Shown here one piece after another: positions 13,566 to 25,991 of a stretch of DNA of 64,000 nucleotides (within the stretch, counting starts at the first letter, position 1; each line of letters opens with the position of its first letter). The notes under the pieces were generated by a model. The model was not told the DNA's origin and ran no database searches. It saw nothing but the letters and a program-made list of their open reading frames with translations. A program made the position numbers and the translations under genes. Origin of the DNA: Phyllosticta citribraziliensis (Eukaryota). Where the stretch lies: assembly GCF_038025025.1 (NCBI RefSeq), contig NW_027117338.1, positions 1,736,001 through 1,800,000 on the forward strand, read 5' to 3'.

Positions 13566-14801
13566 TTAGTAGAGCGGCAGCCTCTCGCGCTCTGCACGCC
13601 TCGCATCTTCGCTCTTGCCCCTCTCGAGAGCCTCGTTCTTCATGCGCTCCATGACGGCTTCGAGGTTGATAAGCTCCTGGCGCGTCTCCATTTCGACGGC
13701 CATGTCGAGCGCTGGCTTGCCCAAGATCTCCCATACTTCCCAGCGGCGCTCCTCCATCTTGTTGTACTCTTCGTACACGGTCTGGTTTCCAAAGCAAATG
13801 CCATAGCCCTCGCAGTAGCACGTGTGCGGCGACGGGCAGTACTGATACTGGCGCGTGAAGATGTAGTGCCACGTATACTCCATGATGCGGCCGGCGTACT
13901 GGTCATCCAAGTCGGTGTTGAGCAGCCAGTTACGATAATGCTCATACATTTCTTTGGGATTGGCGCGGATGCGGTCTCGGGAGACTCCAAACTGGGCGCA
14001 GCAGGGGGCGCTGAGCACCGAAGGCGTGCGGTGAATCTCACCCAAGCCGCCCAGGCCGGGCGGATGCAGCTGGCGCCAGATTTCCGGGGTGTAATACTTT
14101 TCCTCCATGCGCAGATGCTCGTTGAAGTCGACCTCGGGCCGGTCCAGATGAAGCCAGTCTGGGCATCCCGGCTTGTGGTCGCAGCGCGCTGGGAAGTATC
14201 CCATGGTCCACACGCGCTCGCTGCGCAGGCGCTTCAGCATCTCGGCCGTGTCCTGGCCCAAGATGAGCAGGTTGTGCCAGCCGACCTTGTGGGCGTGGAA
14301 GAAGAGAACGACGTCGGGCAGGTTGTCGTAGTGGTCAATGATGTAGGTCAAGTAGGCCATGGACTCTCTGCCCTTGTTCTTGGGGACTCTGAGCGTCGCC
14401 CACCAGTCGTCCATGGTGTAAATGGCCGTGTCGAGGTCGGGCAGCTCCTGCTTGATCCACGATACATCTTCATCGTGGGTGCGTGGGACGACGAGGACGC
14501 GCGAGTAGTTGCCGCTCGGTTTGGGGACGCCGGGCTTGAAGGGATCGTTCTCTAGAGAGGGGACCCAGGGCTGTTGCGGACGAGGCTCCTGCTGGAGAGC
14601 ATCATGGGCAGGCTTTTGGGAGGCGGCTGTGTGTGAAGCCACGGGGGCAGATGTCGGACGGGTGGGCTTGTTGGACTTGAGTTCAACGGTGGGCTCGAGC
14701 GAGTTGATGTTCAGGACGCGATCGGCGTGGAGGTATACGAGGAAGAGAGCGAAGACGAGGAGCGTAAAGAGAGACAGGGTGGACCGCCTGGCAAGCAGCA
14801 T
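13566..14801 (-). CDS. DUF3431-family protein with N-terminal signal anchor (alternative upstream ATG at 14870)
   Basis: Single ORF; motifs PKNKGRESMAYLTYIIDHYDNLPDVVLFFHAH..WHN, PCCAQF, GRIMEYTWHYIF. Confidence 0.85.
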   Translation of the reverse strand: MLLARRSTLSLFTLLVFALFLVYLHADRVLNINSLEPTVELKSNKPTRPTSAPVASHTAASQKPAHDALQQEPRPQQPWVPSLENDPFKPGVPKPSGNYSRVLVVPRTHDEDVSWIKQELPDLDTAIYTMDDWWATLRVPKNKGRESMAYLTYIIDHYDNLPDVVLFFHAHKVGWHNLLILGQDTAEMLKRLRSERVWTMGYFPARCDHKPGCPDWLHLDRPEVDFNEHLRMEEKYYTPEIWRQLHPPGLGGLGEIHRTPSVLSAPCCAQFGVSRDRIRANPKEMYEHYRNWLLNTDLDDQYAGRIMEYTWHYIFTRQYQYCPSPHTCYCEGYGICFGNQTVYEEYNKMEERRWEVWEILGKPALDMAVEMETRQELINLEAVMERMKNEALERGKSEDARRAERERLPLY

Positions 14802-15453
14802 GCTGGCGCGCGAGCAGAGGAGGAGGGAGAGGACAGAGGGAGTGGAGGAATCATGTGTGCGATGGAGCATGCAGAAATGATTGAGAGGCTAGGAGGGCGA
14901 GTGAATTGGGAGCAGCGTTCCATGGTTGGCAACCTGAGAAGGGGATCGCCGGCGCAAGGGCGGGCGTTTGTCGGTTGGGTTGGGCGGGGCCAAAGCATCC
15001 CTGGGGGAAAGACGCTTATTTGCCCTGACACGAGCATCGGGAGGATGGCATAAGGTAGTTAGCTGAGGGAGACTGGAGGCGGCTCTTTGACTTTTGCAGG
15101 CGTTTATTTGTGGTTTGCTGCAGGGAAACGCGTTGTGTAGTGTGCCAGTCCTGGCACCACCTTGGCCACACTTGGCGCAGGGACCCCCAGAGTAGCCATA
15201 TTACGTCACCTGCCTGCAACACCCAACCTGAAGTGACCACCAGTCCAGTCCTCAAACATCGGTCGACGTCCCGTCCCACAAAGCCACAACTCAGCCCACC
15301 CGTGTTACTCAGCTTACCTACCTACCGACCTACAACCTGCGCCATTCAAAGCCTGATTTCATCCTCTTCTTCACCTAAACCAAACCTAACCAAACCCTCA
15401 ACCCGCACAGACACGCAGCCACCACCACACCTACACCTCCAACCACCGCAACC

Positions 15454-15825
15454 ATGAGCTCCTGGAACATTTCCTACTCCTCGTCCTCCTTCATGTCGTG
15501 GTCCAGCAGCACCACCAACAACGGCGGCGCCAACAAGCAAACCCGCGGCCAAGCCTACATGCGCGAGGCCCACTCGAACCCCACGGGCTCCGCAACCCGC
15601 ACCACGAGCCAGACCCTCGGCCAGCAGCCCGTCCAAGAAACCCGCTTCTACGACGCCCGCGGCCGCGAGCGCCTGCCCTACCACGCAAACTCCCAGCAAA
15701 GGCAGCCTGCCGCCATCGCCCAGGGCCGCGTCGAGGAGATTGCCGACGACGATGACCAGCAACAACAGCCCAAGGCTGCCGACAAGGCGCACAAGAAGAA
15801 GAGGGTTACCGACGGCAGTGCTTGA
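15454..15825 (+). CDS. Small hydrophilic hypothetical protein (123 aa)
   Basis: Good start context (CAACCATGA), C-ending codon bias, C/A-rich leader; Ser-rich N-terminus, TTSQTLGQQPVQETRFYDARGR core. Confidence 0.7.
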   Translation: MSSWNISYSSSSFMSWSSSTTNNGGANKQTRGQAYMREAHSNPTGSATRTTSQTLGQQPVQETRFYDARGRERLPYHANSQQRQPAAIAQGRVEEIADDDDQQQQPKAADKAHKKKRVTDGSA

Positions 15826-16275
15826 TCTTTCCTGGGATATCTTTGGCGGAGAACGATTGCGGACGGACGGACGGACGGTTGTAATACTACGATTCACGAC
15901 TTGACGAGGCGGCACTGGGAGCATTCCTAGGATGGACGGATGGATACACGGACACACGGAGGAGTTTCTGCACGTTTAAATTCCCAACATTACAAACTCG
16001 GTACATAATAATACTAGGAGTACGGAACGACTGATGCTGGTTCGGTTAGGGGGGGTATCTATCTGTCTGCCATGTGTCATGCGCCGCCATGCAGAATGTC
16101 AAAACAACGCTCAAACGCCATCGACCCGTCCCGATGACTGCCAGAAAAAAAACGCCATTCCTCGTGTCCAACGCGCATTTTCTCAGGTTCATGCAATTAA
16201 TGCAAAGTGTGGTGGCGGTGGTGCGGTGAGGTGGGACGGCCTGACCCACCTCCCCAAATCTATGCGCCGCCAACC

Positions 16276-18430
16276 TTAGGTCATGAAGCCAGCCACCAGC
16301 GCAACGGCTGCGGCAGCCACGCCAGCTCCCGTGCCGGCGCCGTGATGATGCACGCGTGCGTCTGCGCCGCTACTGCTCGTCGGCGTGGCCGTCGCCGTGT
16401 AGACGCCCGTCGGCTCGATGGTGCTGCTGACGCCGCTACTGGTAACGACGCTCAGGCTGCTGCTGGCGCTGCTGGGCAGCGGCGTGCCCGGCTTGCCCGC
16501 CATGACGGTCGTTGCGGGTTCCTCGTAGTCGTTTCTGTCCTCGTACCACGCGCCCCCGATGACTGTCCCTTTGCCTTGCAGCATCAAGCCGATCTGGTCC
16601 TCGGTGCAGGTCGTGTCGATGGCTCGAAGCCAGCAGATGGCGCTCTCTGTCGTCGACGGTATCTTATTTGTGTGCGTCGTGTTCTGTGGTCCGATGCTGC
16701 TGAATACACTGCTGTTTGAAATGATTTCGCCCGTTGACAATTCCGTGCCTTGAATGATGCGAGCGAAGAGGGTAAATGCGGTTTCTGGTTGATAGGCAGG
16801 CACCATGTGTCCAGCGTCGTAGATGCGTGAAAAACTCAGGTTGCCATATTGTCGCACCGCTCCGCCAACGTAGCTGCTGTTGACGACAATCTCGGCGTAT
16901 CCAGCCGCGGGAAAACCTGCGGCATATGCAGGGACTCGAGACGCGAGCTGCAATGATACCGCCTCGCCTCCGACCCAGTTGCATATGTAATCGGCATCTC
17001 CATAGATGAGAGCGACCCTGACACCCAGTCCCAAGAGGTACGCCAGATCATCGAGAGAGTGCGCCCTGGCACTGTCCCCGGTGGAGATGAAGGCTGCCTG
17101 GACCAGGTTACTGCTCTCTGTATAGTTGACGCGAGCTCCGATGCTTTCCTGGACGCTTGCGTAGTTCAAATACTCTTGATAGTTTCCACTGGGAATGACA
17201 TCTGGAGTCTTGCGTCTGATATCGTAGTAGCTGCGATTCTGGGAACCGTAAAAGGACTCGACCTGGCTGCAGTACAATTGCGTCTTATAGCAGAGTTGAT
17301 CTACTGCGTTGGCTCCGCCATCGAGATCTGGGTCGTAAATCTCAGATGCATTTCGGCATGTCTTGATTTGGTCCTCACAGCCGTCCGTCTGAGTCAAAAG
17401 ATTGAGCAGGTTGAGCGTGTCCGTTGTCGAATATACATCCAGACCGTATGTGTTGTTTGTGGGAAACGTGGCACTCGAGGGGACTTGGACCAACTGGTCA
17501 ACCAGGCCGTTGATGATTCCAAGCGTTGTAAGCTTGATTTCCAATGTTGACTCGGAAGGAATTGTCCCGTTTGCCCTCATGGCATTCTTCTCTTCAACAA
17601 GACTCGCAAAAGCAGGTCCATACGTGCCGCCGTAGCTTTCAGTAAACAAGTTGATACCCGTGGCATCGACCACGGCACCGTCTGGCCTGGCGCCAGGGTT
17701 GTATTGTGGAAAAGTGTCCAAAAAAGCCTGCAACAGGTGCCACATGGTATGCGCGGCAATTTCGGACGTATTGGCCGTGTTTGCACTATTGTTACTAGGA
17801 AACGATCCGTTCAAAAAGGTAAAGGCCGGTTGGTCGCTGGGTACTTGGGCCGGGGGAAAGGCATATTCGTTGCTCAGCAAGTTGCGGGAGCCGTTCCTGA
17901 TCGTGTCGTATGAAAGACCGACTTGAACGGGCTGGTCGATGAATAAAACATTCGAACTGCGGTCCCATCCCCATGTCCGAGCTTGAGTTCCAAAGGATCC
18001 GTCTGACAGCTCAATTATTTTGCACGGTCCCGTCTCCTCGAACAAGCCAATCATGCTACTACTTCCGGGTCCACCATTGAGCCTAAAAAGCCACTCAGCC
18101 CTACGAACCCACGCCTGTGCAGGGAAATAGTTACCAAATAGTCAGGGGAGCAGTCGACGCATTTTCGCGCGACTCGATAAACCAAAAAAACGTATTGATC
18201 GGGTAGTCTTGCTGCACTGGCGCAAGCGTGAACGGCGGGAGAGAAATGTAACCACTATACTGCTTTTGGTAATCGAAAACAGTGGTACAAGTGCCCGGGG
18301 CAGGCGACTTGAATGAGACGGTAATGTTGGAATTGGTTGGCGAGCGCGTGATGTTGGTAAAGGTCACGGCGGGTGGGAATTGCGCAACAGAGAAGGAAAG
18401 CAGCTGAGCCAGAGCCAGAGCGAAAAGCAT
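16276..18430 (-). CDS. Serine carboxypeptidase S10, secreted, probably GPI-anchored; exons 18430-18135, 18082-16276
   Basis: Signal peptide; intron 18134-18083 restores WLNGGPGSSSM; motifs IDQPVQVGLSY, TESYGG, GDADYICN, AGHMVP; S/T-rich tail and hydrophobic C-terminus. Confidence 0.93.
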
Positions 18431-19094
18431 GACAGGCGAAAACTGACCAACACTAGCAGTTAGCTCTCCGGCGACGAATGTAAGAAGTACTGGAGAGGCA
18501 GCAGATTATTAAAACAGATAGAAGAGGACAAATGGAATAGGGAAAAGGACGTGAAGGGCAAACAATAACCTCACCATGACTTGAGTATTATCCCAGGCCA
18601 GCGGACTCGAGCGCAGCCACAAAGGAGGGGATGGGGGTGAGAGGGAAAAGAGAGAAGGGCGCGCGTCGCCGTTCAATGCCTGCCGACTAGCGCCGCGAGG
18701 CCGACGAAAGAGAGAGCATTGGCGTTTGGGCCGCAGCGGTGTGCGAGGTGAACGAGCGAGGAGCACAAAGAACAAAGCCGTCGAGAGGAAGCGGAGGGGA
18801 GGGGAGCTGGGACACGGAGCTGGGAGCTGGGAGCCGGGCGCGGCTTCAGCACTTGGGTTGGATCCTGGGGGCGTTCGGCTGCGGCTGCACCAGGGCAAGG
18901 AACCCACCAGAGGAAGAGGCCGCCATTGGACCTGTGCATCCTTGCGTCTGAAAGAGTTGCCGTGCCACCACCTCACGCCTACGCAACCACTCGAAAACCC
19001 CCGCAGCAGAAGAAAGAGAATGAAACGCTTGCGGATATATTTCTGATGCTAGAAATCCTCCTTCACATGCTAGACTTGTGCAACTTCCAGCCCC

Positions 19095-20354
19095 TCAAAA
19101 CTTTTCCACCCTCGTCCCCACCGCTCTCTGGTCAGCCAAAGTCACCAGGTTTGCCCCGACGACCACGTCCATCAGCCCAAGACCGACAGACTTGTAAATA
19201 ACATTGCCTCGCTCGAGCCAGTCTCGTAATCCGCCGTCACTCTCTCCAGGCCTGTTGTTCTTGACCTCGATGCCACTGCCGTCCGTGCTCGACTGGCTGT
19301 CACTCGTGCTTTGTTTGATCTCCGCGTCGCGCCTCTTGAGCATCAGAAGCTCCCCCAACTCCACCACCTCGTGTCCTTCGAGCTTTGCTTGTATCAGCTC
19401 TCCAGCTTCACGCAGACAAGCCTCGACGCTGTCAACAACAATGGCTCCACCCTCTTTGGCATGCTTGTGGAAGTGATGGCCGTGCTGCGGCGCCACAGCC
19501 TGGCGCAAAATGTCTGGGTGGATTTCGCACATGTGCGGCTTGTAGCTTCCAATGGCTGCAACATATCTTCCTTTTCTGCGGCCTTCATGGTTGGTCAAGT
19601 AGCTGGCCGGAAACAGAGGCTCCAGAGACGGCGTAGTCATGAAAATGGCCGACGACGACCGCACGGTGGACTTGAGATAGCGCTCGTACTCGGTATGCGC
19701 AGGCGTGATGATTGCCGTTTGGGGCCGGTGGACACCGCCGTTTGGGCTGTTGTCCGGGTCGTACAGCTTCTGAACTAATCCTTTTGCTCTGTCAAAGGTG
19801 CGGGCAATGATGTTCAGGTGGTGGATTTCGTCTCCGCGAAGCAGGAGCGCCAAGCGCGCATGCCAGTAAGCTTGCTTGCCAGCCCCAAAGATGGTGACAT
19901 CGTGGACGTTGCGGCGCTTCTTGAAAAGCATCGTCGATGCCAAAGCTGTCCGGAAGGCGGTAATCTCTTCGGCGTTGATGAGAGCCCGGGGGAATCCGTG
20001 AGCATCGAGCAGAGTGAGAGAGCCTCTTGGAACCGTGAGATCGTGGCCTGAGTCACCTTCCGATGTTTTGGTCTCTGATGAAGCCGAGAGTGAAGGGTCA
20101 GGTAGGGTGACTATCTTGACGCCTAATCCATACTGGCTGCTAGCCGGCATGAACAGAGTGGTGGAGCCGTCCTTTCGCTTCATGTGGGTTCTTTGAGGTT
20201 GATAGCTCGAGCAGCAGTCATTTTCATCCGCTGAAGCCGTCGAATAGTAGTGCAGTGCGTCTCCGAGGGACTGTTGTATCTCGAGTACATCCTGCCGAGT
20301 CAGGGAGTGGAGCAAGCTCCTGACTTCGTCGTCAGACAGTATCGTTAGAGGCAT
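19095..20354 (-). CDS. Ornithine cyclodeaminase/mu-crystallin family protein, PrnX-like
   Basis: TTLFMPA, GVKIVT, EEITAFRTALAS, IFGAGKQAYWH, AIGSYKPHMCE, EAGEL, YKSVGLGLMD; likely ATG MPLTILSD at 20354. Confidence 0.88.
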   Translation of the reverse strand: MPLTILSDDEVRSLLHSLTRQDVLEIQQSLGDALHYYSTASADENDCCSSYQPQRTHMKRKDGSTTLFMPASSQYGLGVKIVTLPDPSLSASSETKTSEGDSGHDLTVPRGSLTLLDAHGFPRALINAEEITAFRTALASTMLFKKRRNVHDVTIFGAGKQAYWHARLALLLRGDEIHHLNIIARTFDRAKGLVQKLYDPDNSPNGGVHRPQTAIITPAHTEYERYLKSTVRSSSAIFMTTPSLEPLFPASYLTNHEGRRKGRYVAAIGSYKPHMCEIHPDILRQAVAPQHGHHFHKHAKEGGAIVVDSVEACLREAGELIQAKLEGHEVVELGELLMLKRRDAEIKQSTSDSQSSTDGSGIEVKNNRPGESDGGLRDWLERGNVIYKSVGLGLMDVVVGANLVTLADQRAVGTRVEKF

Positions 20355-20992
20355 TGAGTTTTCGAAAGCTGTTTGGTCTTTTCCGTGCAACAGGAGTGGG
20401 AGGAAATGCTCCTATAACTCGAGTCGGAGCATGGAACAGGTGGGGAACATGACGCAGCGGGGCGCGAACGAACTCCGGGTAGGCGCGAATGAATGGTCCC
20501 AGGTCGCTGTCAGCTGTCCGATCGCGGGACGACTCCCGGCGCACCCGCAACTCAGGGCATCCTCTTGCTGTGGGTCAATTGGAGCATTTTTGCTGATCCA
20601 ACTGTGAGCGAGTACCTTCCAATGTTACGACACATCAGCAAACCAACGTATTTGGGCGACAGAGCACGGTGGTTGCTACAAGCTTGTTCAAGCAATACGG
20701 CTCCGCGGCCAAGGTCACGGCAGACGGGCACAAGACTACCTTAGGCAGCAGGGGTGCAATTCCTTTGAGTAGGACACCCAGTCACACAAGGCGAAAAGAC
20801 CGAGAAGCAGATACTTCGGCGCGTCCACGATGAGGGCCATGGAATGCTTTCGCTAATCATTCGAAGTGCACGTAGCTCACATTTCCGTCGGTTTCCACCA
20901 ACGCCCGCTAAACTGATTGGAAGACATGCCAATGACCCGTTAATCCATTTCCATTTTGTGGTATCTTTTGAACTGAAAGTTTTTTAGACCGC

Positions 20993-22117
20993 TTAGATCT
21001 TGATGGCGTTCTCAACGGCCTTGCGCTTCTTCTCCTGCTTGGCGTTGGCCTTGAAGCCCATGATACCACCACCCCAGTGGCGGCGGGACTCCTCGTTCTT
21101 GGCGAGGTAGCCCTCCTTGATGGCGGAAACGACCTTGGAGAACTCGGCCTTGTCCTCAGAGCGGACCTCGGTGAGGGCGACGACGGCGGCGGTCTAGTTG
21201 GAGTTGTCAGTGTTTGTTTCGACCATCAGCGCGAATTGAAACGTACCTTCTTGTGGACGAGCGTTCCGAGACGAGCCTTGCCCTTGATGATGGCGTAGGG
21301 GACACCCATCTTGCGGCAGAGGGCGGGAAGGAAGATGACCAGCTCGATGGGGTCAACGTCGTTGGGGATGAGGACAAGAGAAGCCTTCTTGTTCTCAATG
21401 AGGCCGACAACGTGGTTGAGACCGTACTTGACGGCGTAGGGCTTCTTGGAGACGTCCTCCTTCTTCTTGCCCTCAGCAATGGCGGTGGCCTCCTTGGTCA
21501 AACGCTCCTTCTTCTCGGCCTTGGTCTCAGGACGGTACTTGTTGAGGAGCTTGAGGGTCTGGGCGGCCGTGTTGCGGTCGAGGACCTGCTGGAACTGGGA
21601 GATCGCAGGGGGAACCTTCAGGCGAAGGTTGAGGATCTTCTTCTGGCGCTGAAGGCGGACGTACTCGGGCCACTTCACCATGCGCGAAAGGTTGCGCTTG
21701 GGCTGGATGTCCTGACCGATGCCATAGTTGCGGGGGCGCTTCTCGAGGAGAGGGTTCTGTTGGAATTGTCAGTACTCGACGATGTCTCGGTAGTAGAGAG
21801 GTGTTACTCACCTTGGCCTGCTTCTTGGAGCCAGCCTTGCCCGACGAGAACGGCGCAGGGGCGGTCTTCTTTCCCGACTTAGGAGGCTGTCATTGAGACA
21901 AGAATCAGCACACTGATCCTTCATCTCTAAAGAGCTGTAGGAGGCATTTCTGCGCTCCGTTGCTCAAGCCAAATCATCGCCAACGCCAAACGGCCGGAGC
22001 CGATGACGAGACGGAAAATTGCTGCGGCGTGCGCGTCGACTGCAGAAGCAGTGCAAAGACGGCAGAGGCCATGCAGACTTTGTCCGAAGACGATCAAGCG
22101 TAGCAGTAGCTTACCAT
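20993..22117 (-). CDS. RPL8: 60S ribosomal protein L8 (eL8/L7a); exons 22117-22115 (ATG only), 21886-21812, 21756-21247, 21193-20993
   Basis: Spliced [83 protein letters not shown]; strong codon bias; canonical introns. Confidence 0.98.
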
Positions 22118-22328
22118 TTTGGTTTGTCGATGGGCGGTCGTAGGACAAATGTCGTCGTGGGTGGAGGAGAGAACGAGAAGTCTGGCGGACGAAGCGCGAA
22201 GGTTTGTGTGGACTTCGCACGGCCTCGCTTAGTCCAAACAGGATTAGCCTGGGTGGGCGGCTCACCGCCCTCGGCCCACGCTACGAATTCTGCCACCGCC
22301 AGCGGGCGGGAGACGGCCGGGGGGTGCT

Positions 22329-22336
22329 GCCCTAAG
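22329..22336. promoter_or_regulatory. Candidate ribosomal-protein promoter element GCCCTAAG (TTAGGGC core, Tbf1-type)
   Basis: About 210 nt upstream of the RPL8 ATG in the RPL8/ING divergent spacer; TTAGGG-type elements are known upstream of ascomycete RP genes; single short match. Confidence 0.35.
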
Positions 22337-22641
22337 GAGGTGTCCTGCCCTGGTGCTGGCGCTGGCGCTGGCGCTGAGGTGGGTGGCTCGTGTCTAATCG
22401 CCGCTGTCGTTCGTCTCGGTCATCCGCCGAACTGGAGCGAGCCATCTTGTGTGCGCAACATTTGCGCTCTTGTCCTCTTCCACCTCCAGACGCGACCTGA
22501 AAGCCCTCCGTCACGCGCCATGTCAGCTTGGGCTCACTTTTGATTCTCCAAATCTGTCGACCCTGCCCCAACACCACCGACGCCCTCCAGCGCGTACTGT
22601 TCAGCTCCAGCCAAGAGGGTCAACACGTCACGGAGCACACC

Positions 22642-24818
22642 ATGAAGTCGTCCAACATGAGGGAGTCTGGCGCTGCCCACACAGCTCCGAATCGACGTCA
22701 GTCAGCTCGCCAGCAACGCACCACCACCACACGTCCTGCCAACTACTATGCTCGACCCTTCGGTCGCGGTACAATGGGAGCCGCCGACACTGCCTCGACC
22801 ACCAACTCCACGCCCGGCTTCTTTCCTGCTATTACACACTTTACCGACTCGATAACTGCTTTGCCCAAAGAGGCCATGAAGCATTTTTCGATGCTCAAGG
22901 AAGTCGAAGCCAAAACCCATCAGCCAGATCAAGACCTTCAGAACATTGCCGACGCCGTCGTCCAACTCCAAGCCCCCACACGCCGCGAAGCGCGACTCGC
23001 CGCGAGAAACGTACCGAATACAGCGGGAAACAATAGCGCCAATGGCAGTGTTGCTGGCTCTGTCGGGCACGACCAACCGCCCACCAACCAGCAGCAAGCC
23101 GCTGAGCTCATCGAGAGCGCCAACGATGAAGACATCATGAGCGAAAGAGCCATAACGGCTCGGCGAGAACTGTTCTTGCGTTTTCGGTACCATCTTTCCC
23201 AAATGTGCTCCATGCTCGACGAGAAGAATGCGGTCTTGTCGAGCGCCAACCAAACCATGGACAAACAACTATCGCGAATGGACAGCTCCTTCCAACACAT
23301 TGATGAGGAGCTCAGCTTCGAGGCGAGATATGGCAGTTTCTCCCACTGGGCATACAAAGATGGCGATGAAAACAAGAAGAAGACGACAAATGAGCGGTCG
23401 AGGCGCGAAGTCGCTGCTGCCAACAATCTGGCCGCAGCAGCTGCGGCAGTCCACGAAGGTGACATTGCTGCCAGTCGAAGCGAGGCTCGACGAGAGGCGG
23501 TCATGGCGAAACAAAAGAGCCGCCACCACCACTACGGAGTCGCTGACTTTGAGGATGTTCGGCCACCAAAGAAAGCACCTACGAACCGCGGTAAAAAGGC
23601 GGCCCAGCCATTAGGTCCTCCAGATGCGCGGACCTACGGCTTGGGCATTTTGAATGGCCCAGAGCAACCGGCCAAGAGACGCAAAACAGAAAAGGCGGCC
23701 GCGGCAGCTCCAGTAATGGAGCGTTCGCTCAGCGGGGCAATCAACAATGCGCACATTGGCCGCGCGAGTCCGAGGGAGACACCGGCTGTGGAAGGGCCAA
23801 AAAAGAGGCCCCGGGCAGCACCAGCTCCCGGAGCCACGAAGAAGAGGTACGATTTTCCGAATGAAAGCGCAGACCTGAAGCTGACTGGTCCAAGGAACCA
23901 ACATGTAGGCGCACAGTCCCCACAAGTCCCGTCTTCTCCAGTGGTTGGCAACTTTTCGGCGCTAGCATCCAACGGTCAGCGGCCTCAATCAGCACGAGCC
24001 CGTCAAAACTCGACAACAAATTCTATAAACTCAAATTCGAACGCCCAAGACGCGACTCGCAACCGCCCTGGATCATCGGCTTCGAACAGACCTGTCAATG
24101 GCACAGCAATTCCTACAGAAACAGAGCCAAGCGCGGGGTACACGGTTCCAGGGCCTCCTTTGCCAGTCGCGCCGGTGCCCCTGGAGCCAGCGCCTACTGG
24201 CAACGATGCTCTGCCTGACCGCAGTAGCATGAAGCGAGAGGAGCCCGAGAATCAAGAAGGTCCAGGCACCCCTGCGCAAAACATTGTGACGCGGGGAGCT
24301 GGACGTCAATCAAAGACAGCTACTCCCGTCATCGGCGCATTCCCATCAGATGTGACCATGGCCAGAAGCCGCAGCACGCGCAACAATGGCAGCAGTCATG
24401 CGTCATCCGAGTCCAACGTACCATTGACATCTCATCCCACACAGAAGCGTTCGCACAAGAAGACAGGCCCCGCGTTGCAGACACGACCTCACAACGTTGG
24501 CGACGGAAGCGGCATAGTCTCTGGCCCAGATTTGGAAGACGAGGTTGCCGAAGAAGACGAGGACGGCGACCAAGAACGGTTCTGCTACTGTAATGGAGTC
24601 TCTTACGGAGAGATGATTGGCTGCGACAATCCAAACTGTACAAGACAGTGGTTCCATTATGCCTGTGTTGGCATCACGAAAGAGCCCAACAAGAAAGGTA
24701 CGTCTCTCTGGTCCGCACTCTGTGTTGTCACTGCTAATGTCAAGCAGCGAGCTGGTATTGCAACGAATGTAAAGAAAACATGAGACGGTCTCGCCCTGGT
24801 AGCCGGCCGGGGCATTAG
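22642..24818 (+). CDS. ING-family PHD-finger chromatin protein (Pho23-like); probable introns 23847-23894 and 24698-24747
   Basis: N-terminal ING domain (FFPAITHFTDSITALPKE); C-terminal PHD RFCYCNGVSYGEMIGCDNPNCTRQWFHYACVG, completed by splicing to ASWYCNEC. Confidence 0.9.
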
Positions 24819-25991
24819 CAGTTTTGTATAGGTCACGGCGTCAAATACCAAGATGCACTCTTACGGGAGGCGATGGCGGTATGCTTTTACGATTTACTCA
24901 CGACGCGGACTGCAACAAACATGATATCAAGTGAGAAAATGGGACACGCGTCTCTCACCCGCAAAAGTCGAAACAGGGCCGGAGCATGGGGTTAGCAGAC
25001 ATTTATTGGTGCGAGAGCTTGAATTTCCTCTCGGACTCAGGCATGGAGTAAAAGGGGGGTGTTTTGTTTCTCCCTTCAAATGGGTTGGATGCGTCGGGAA
25101 GGCCTAAAATGGATCGCTTCCACGTGCGATCAGGATTTCTTCCGTTTGAGGTGGGAGAGACATTTGAAGCCTCGGCGTGGAAGTCCAGCTTGAAGGCCTC
25201 CATCTTTATCTTGTCAGTCAAAGTCCAGTCGTGGATTTCTCCACGTTAAATCACCGAAGTAGAGTTTCTGTCATGCCGATGTGTCGTTGGATGCCCCGCA
25301 GTGATCGACAGATGTGCCTGAACAAGCACAGGGCAGGCCAAGCCAGGTCCCCAGACATTACCTTGTTGCGTCACAGCTGGAAATTGGAGCAATGGAATGA
25401 ATATCGAGGCTCAAAAGACTTGTTAACGGTTCTGTAGGAGAGAGTCAGTCCTTGACCTTGCCGCCTGACCGCAGCCAATGGCGAGGCAGGCGGGCAGCCC
25501 GAGTCGACTCGACGGGGCCTGGAGCTGTTTCAGGTCAACCCAACTGGACCTGACTTCCTCCAGCTCCACCGTCATCTTCACCCACCCCAAGTCAAGTCCC
25601 TTACGCCCACACGCCACTTGTCACGTCGCCCGTTTTTCACCATCGCGACCACCCAGCTGCAGCACTAGCCTCAGCTGCTGAGCTGAACCCACGAGCTCCC
25701 CATCTTCCGGCTTCCCACGCCAATCACCCGCCGACGTTTCCGGGCAATCTTACCTGCAGCCTACCCACTTTCCTGCTCTCCGATCGCCGCACCCTTTCTC
25801 GTCCATGTTCAAGATTACTTTCTTCCTCGACTTCCGCCGTATCCACGCCTCCAACCGTCCTACAGCCGTCTAAAGCCTTACCACCGTTGCCGATCTTTCC
25901 GACCTTGAAGCTCTCTACACCCATACCCAAGCGTTCTATCGCTTAGAATCCACAAGCCGGCACACCTGCAGACATATCCACAGCCACCACC

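Noticed and set aside
15861..15878. (GGAC)n and other short microsatellites (also about 53657-53677 and 53751-53765)
   Set aside because: Ordinary UTR/intergenic simple repeats; no repeat-spacer structure, so not CRISPR-like
8483..20354. MFS, two peptidases, DUF3431, small protein and PrnX as a possible RiPP or proline-utilisation cluster
   Set aside because: No DUF3328/UstY oxidase, no Kex2-repeat precursor, no backbone enzyme or pathway regulator, and no prnB/C/D genes; looks like ordinary gene order
20779..20786. CAGTCACA Homol-D-like box near RPL8
   Set aside because: Lies downstream of RPL8 rather than in its promoter; single 8-mer
21887..22114. Possible C/D snoRNA in RPL8 intron 1
   Set aside because: No exact RTGATGA box C; the CTGA near the 3' end is better explained as the branch site; needs snoscan
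25003..25221. 72-aa minus-strand ORF, and similarly 30333-30677 and 42538-42969
   Set aside because: Vaguely protein-like, but no motif, clear start or splice support
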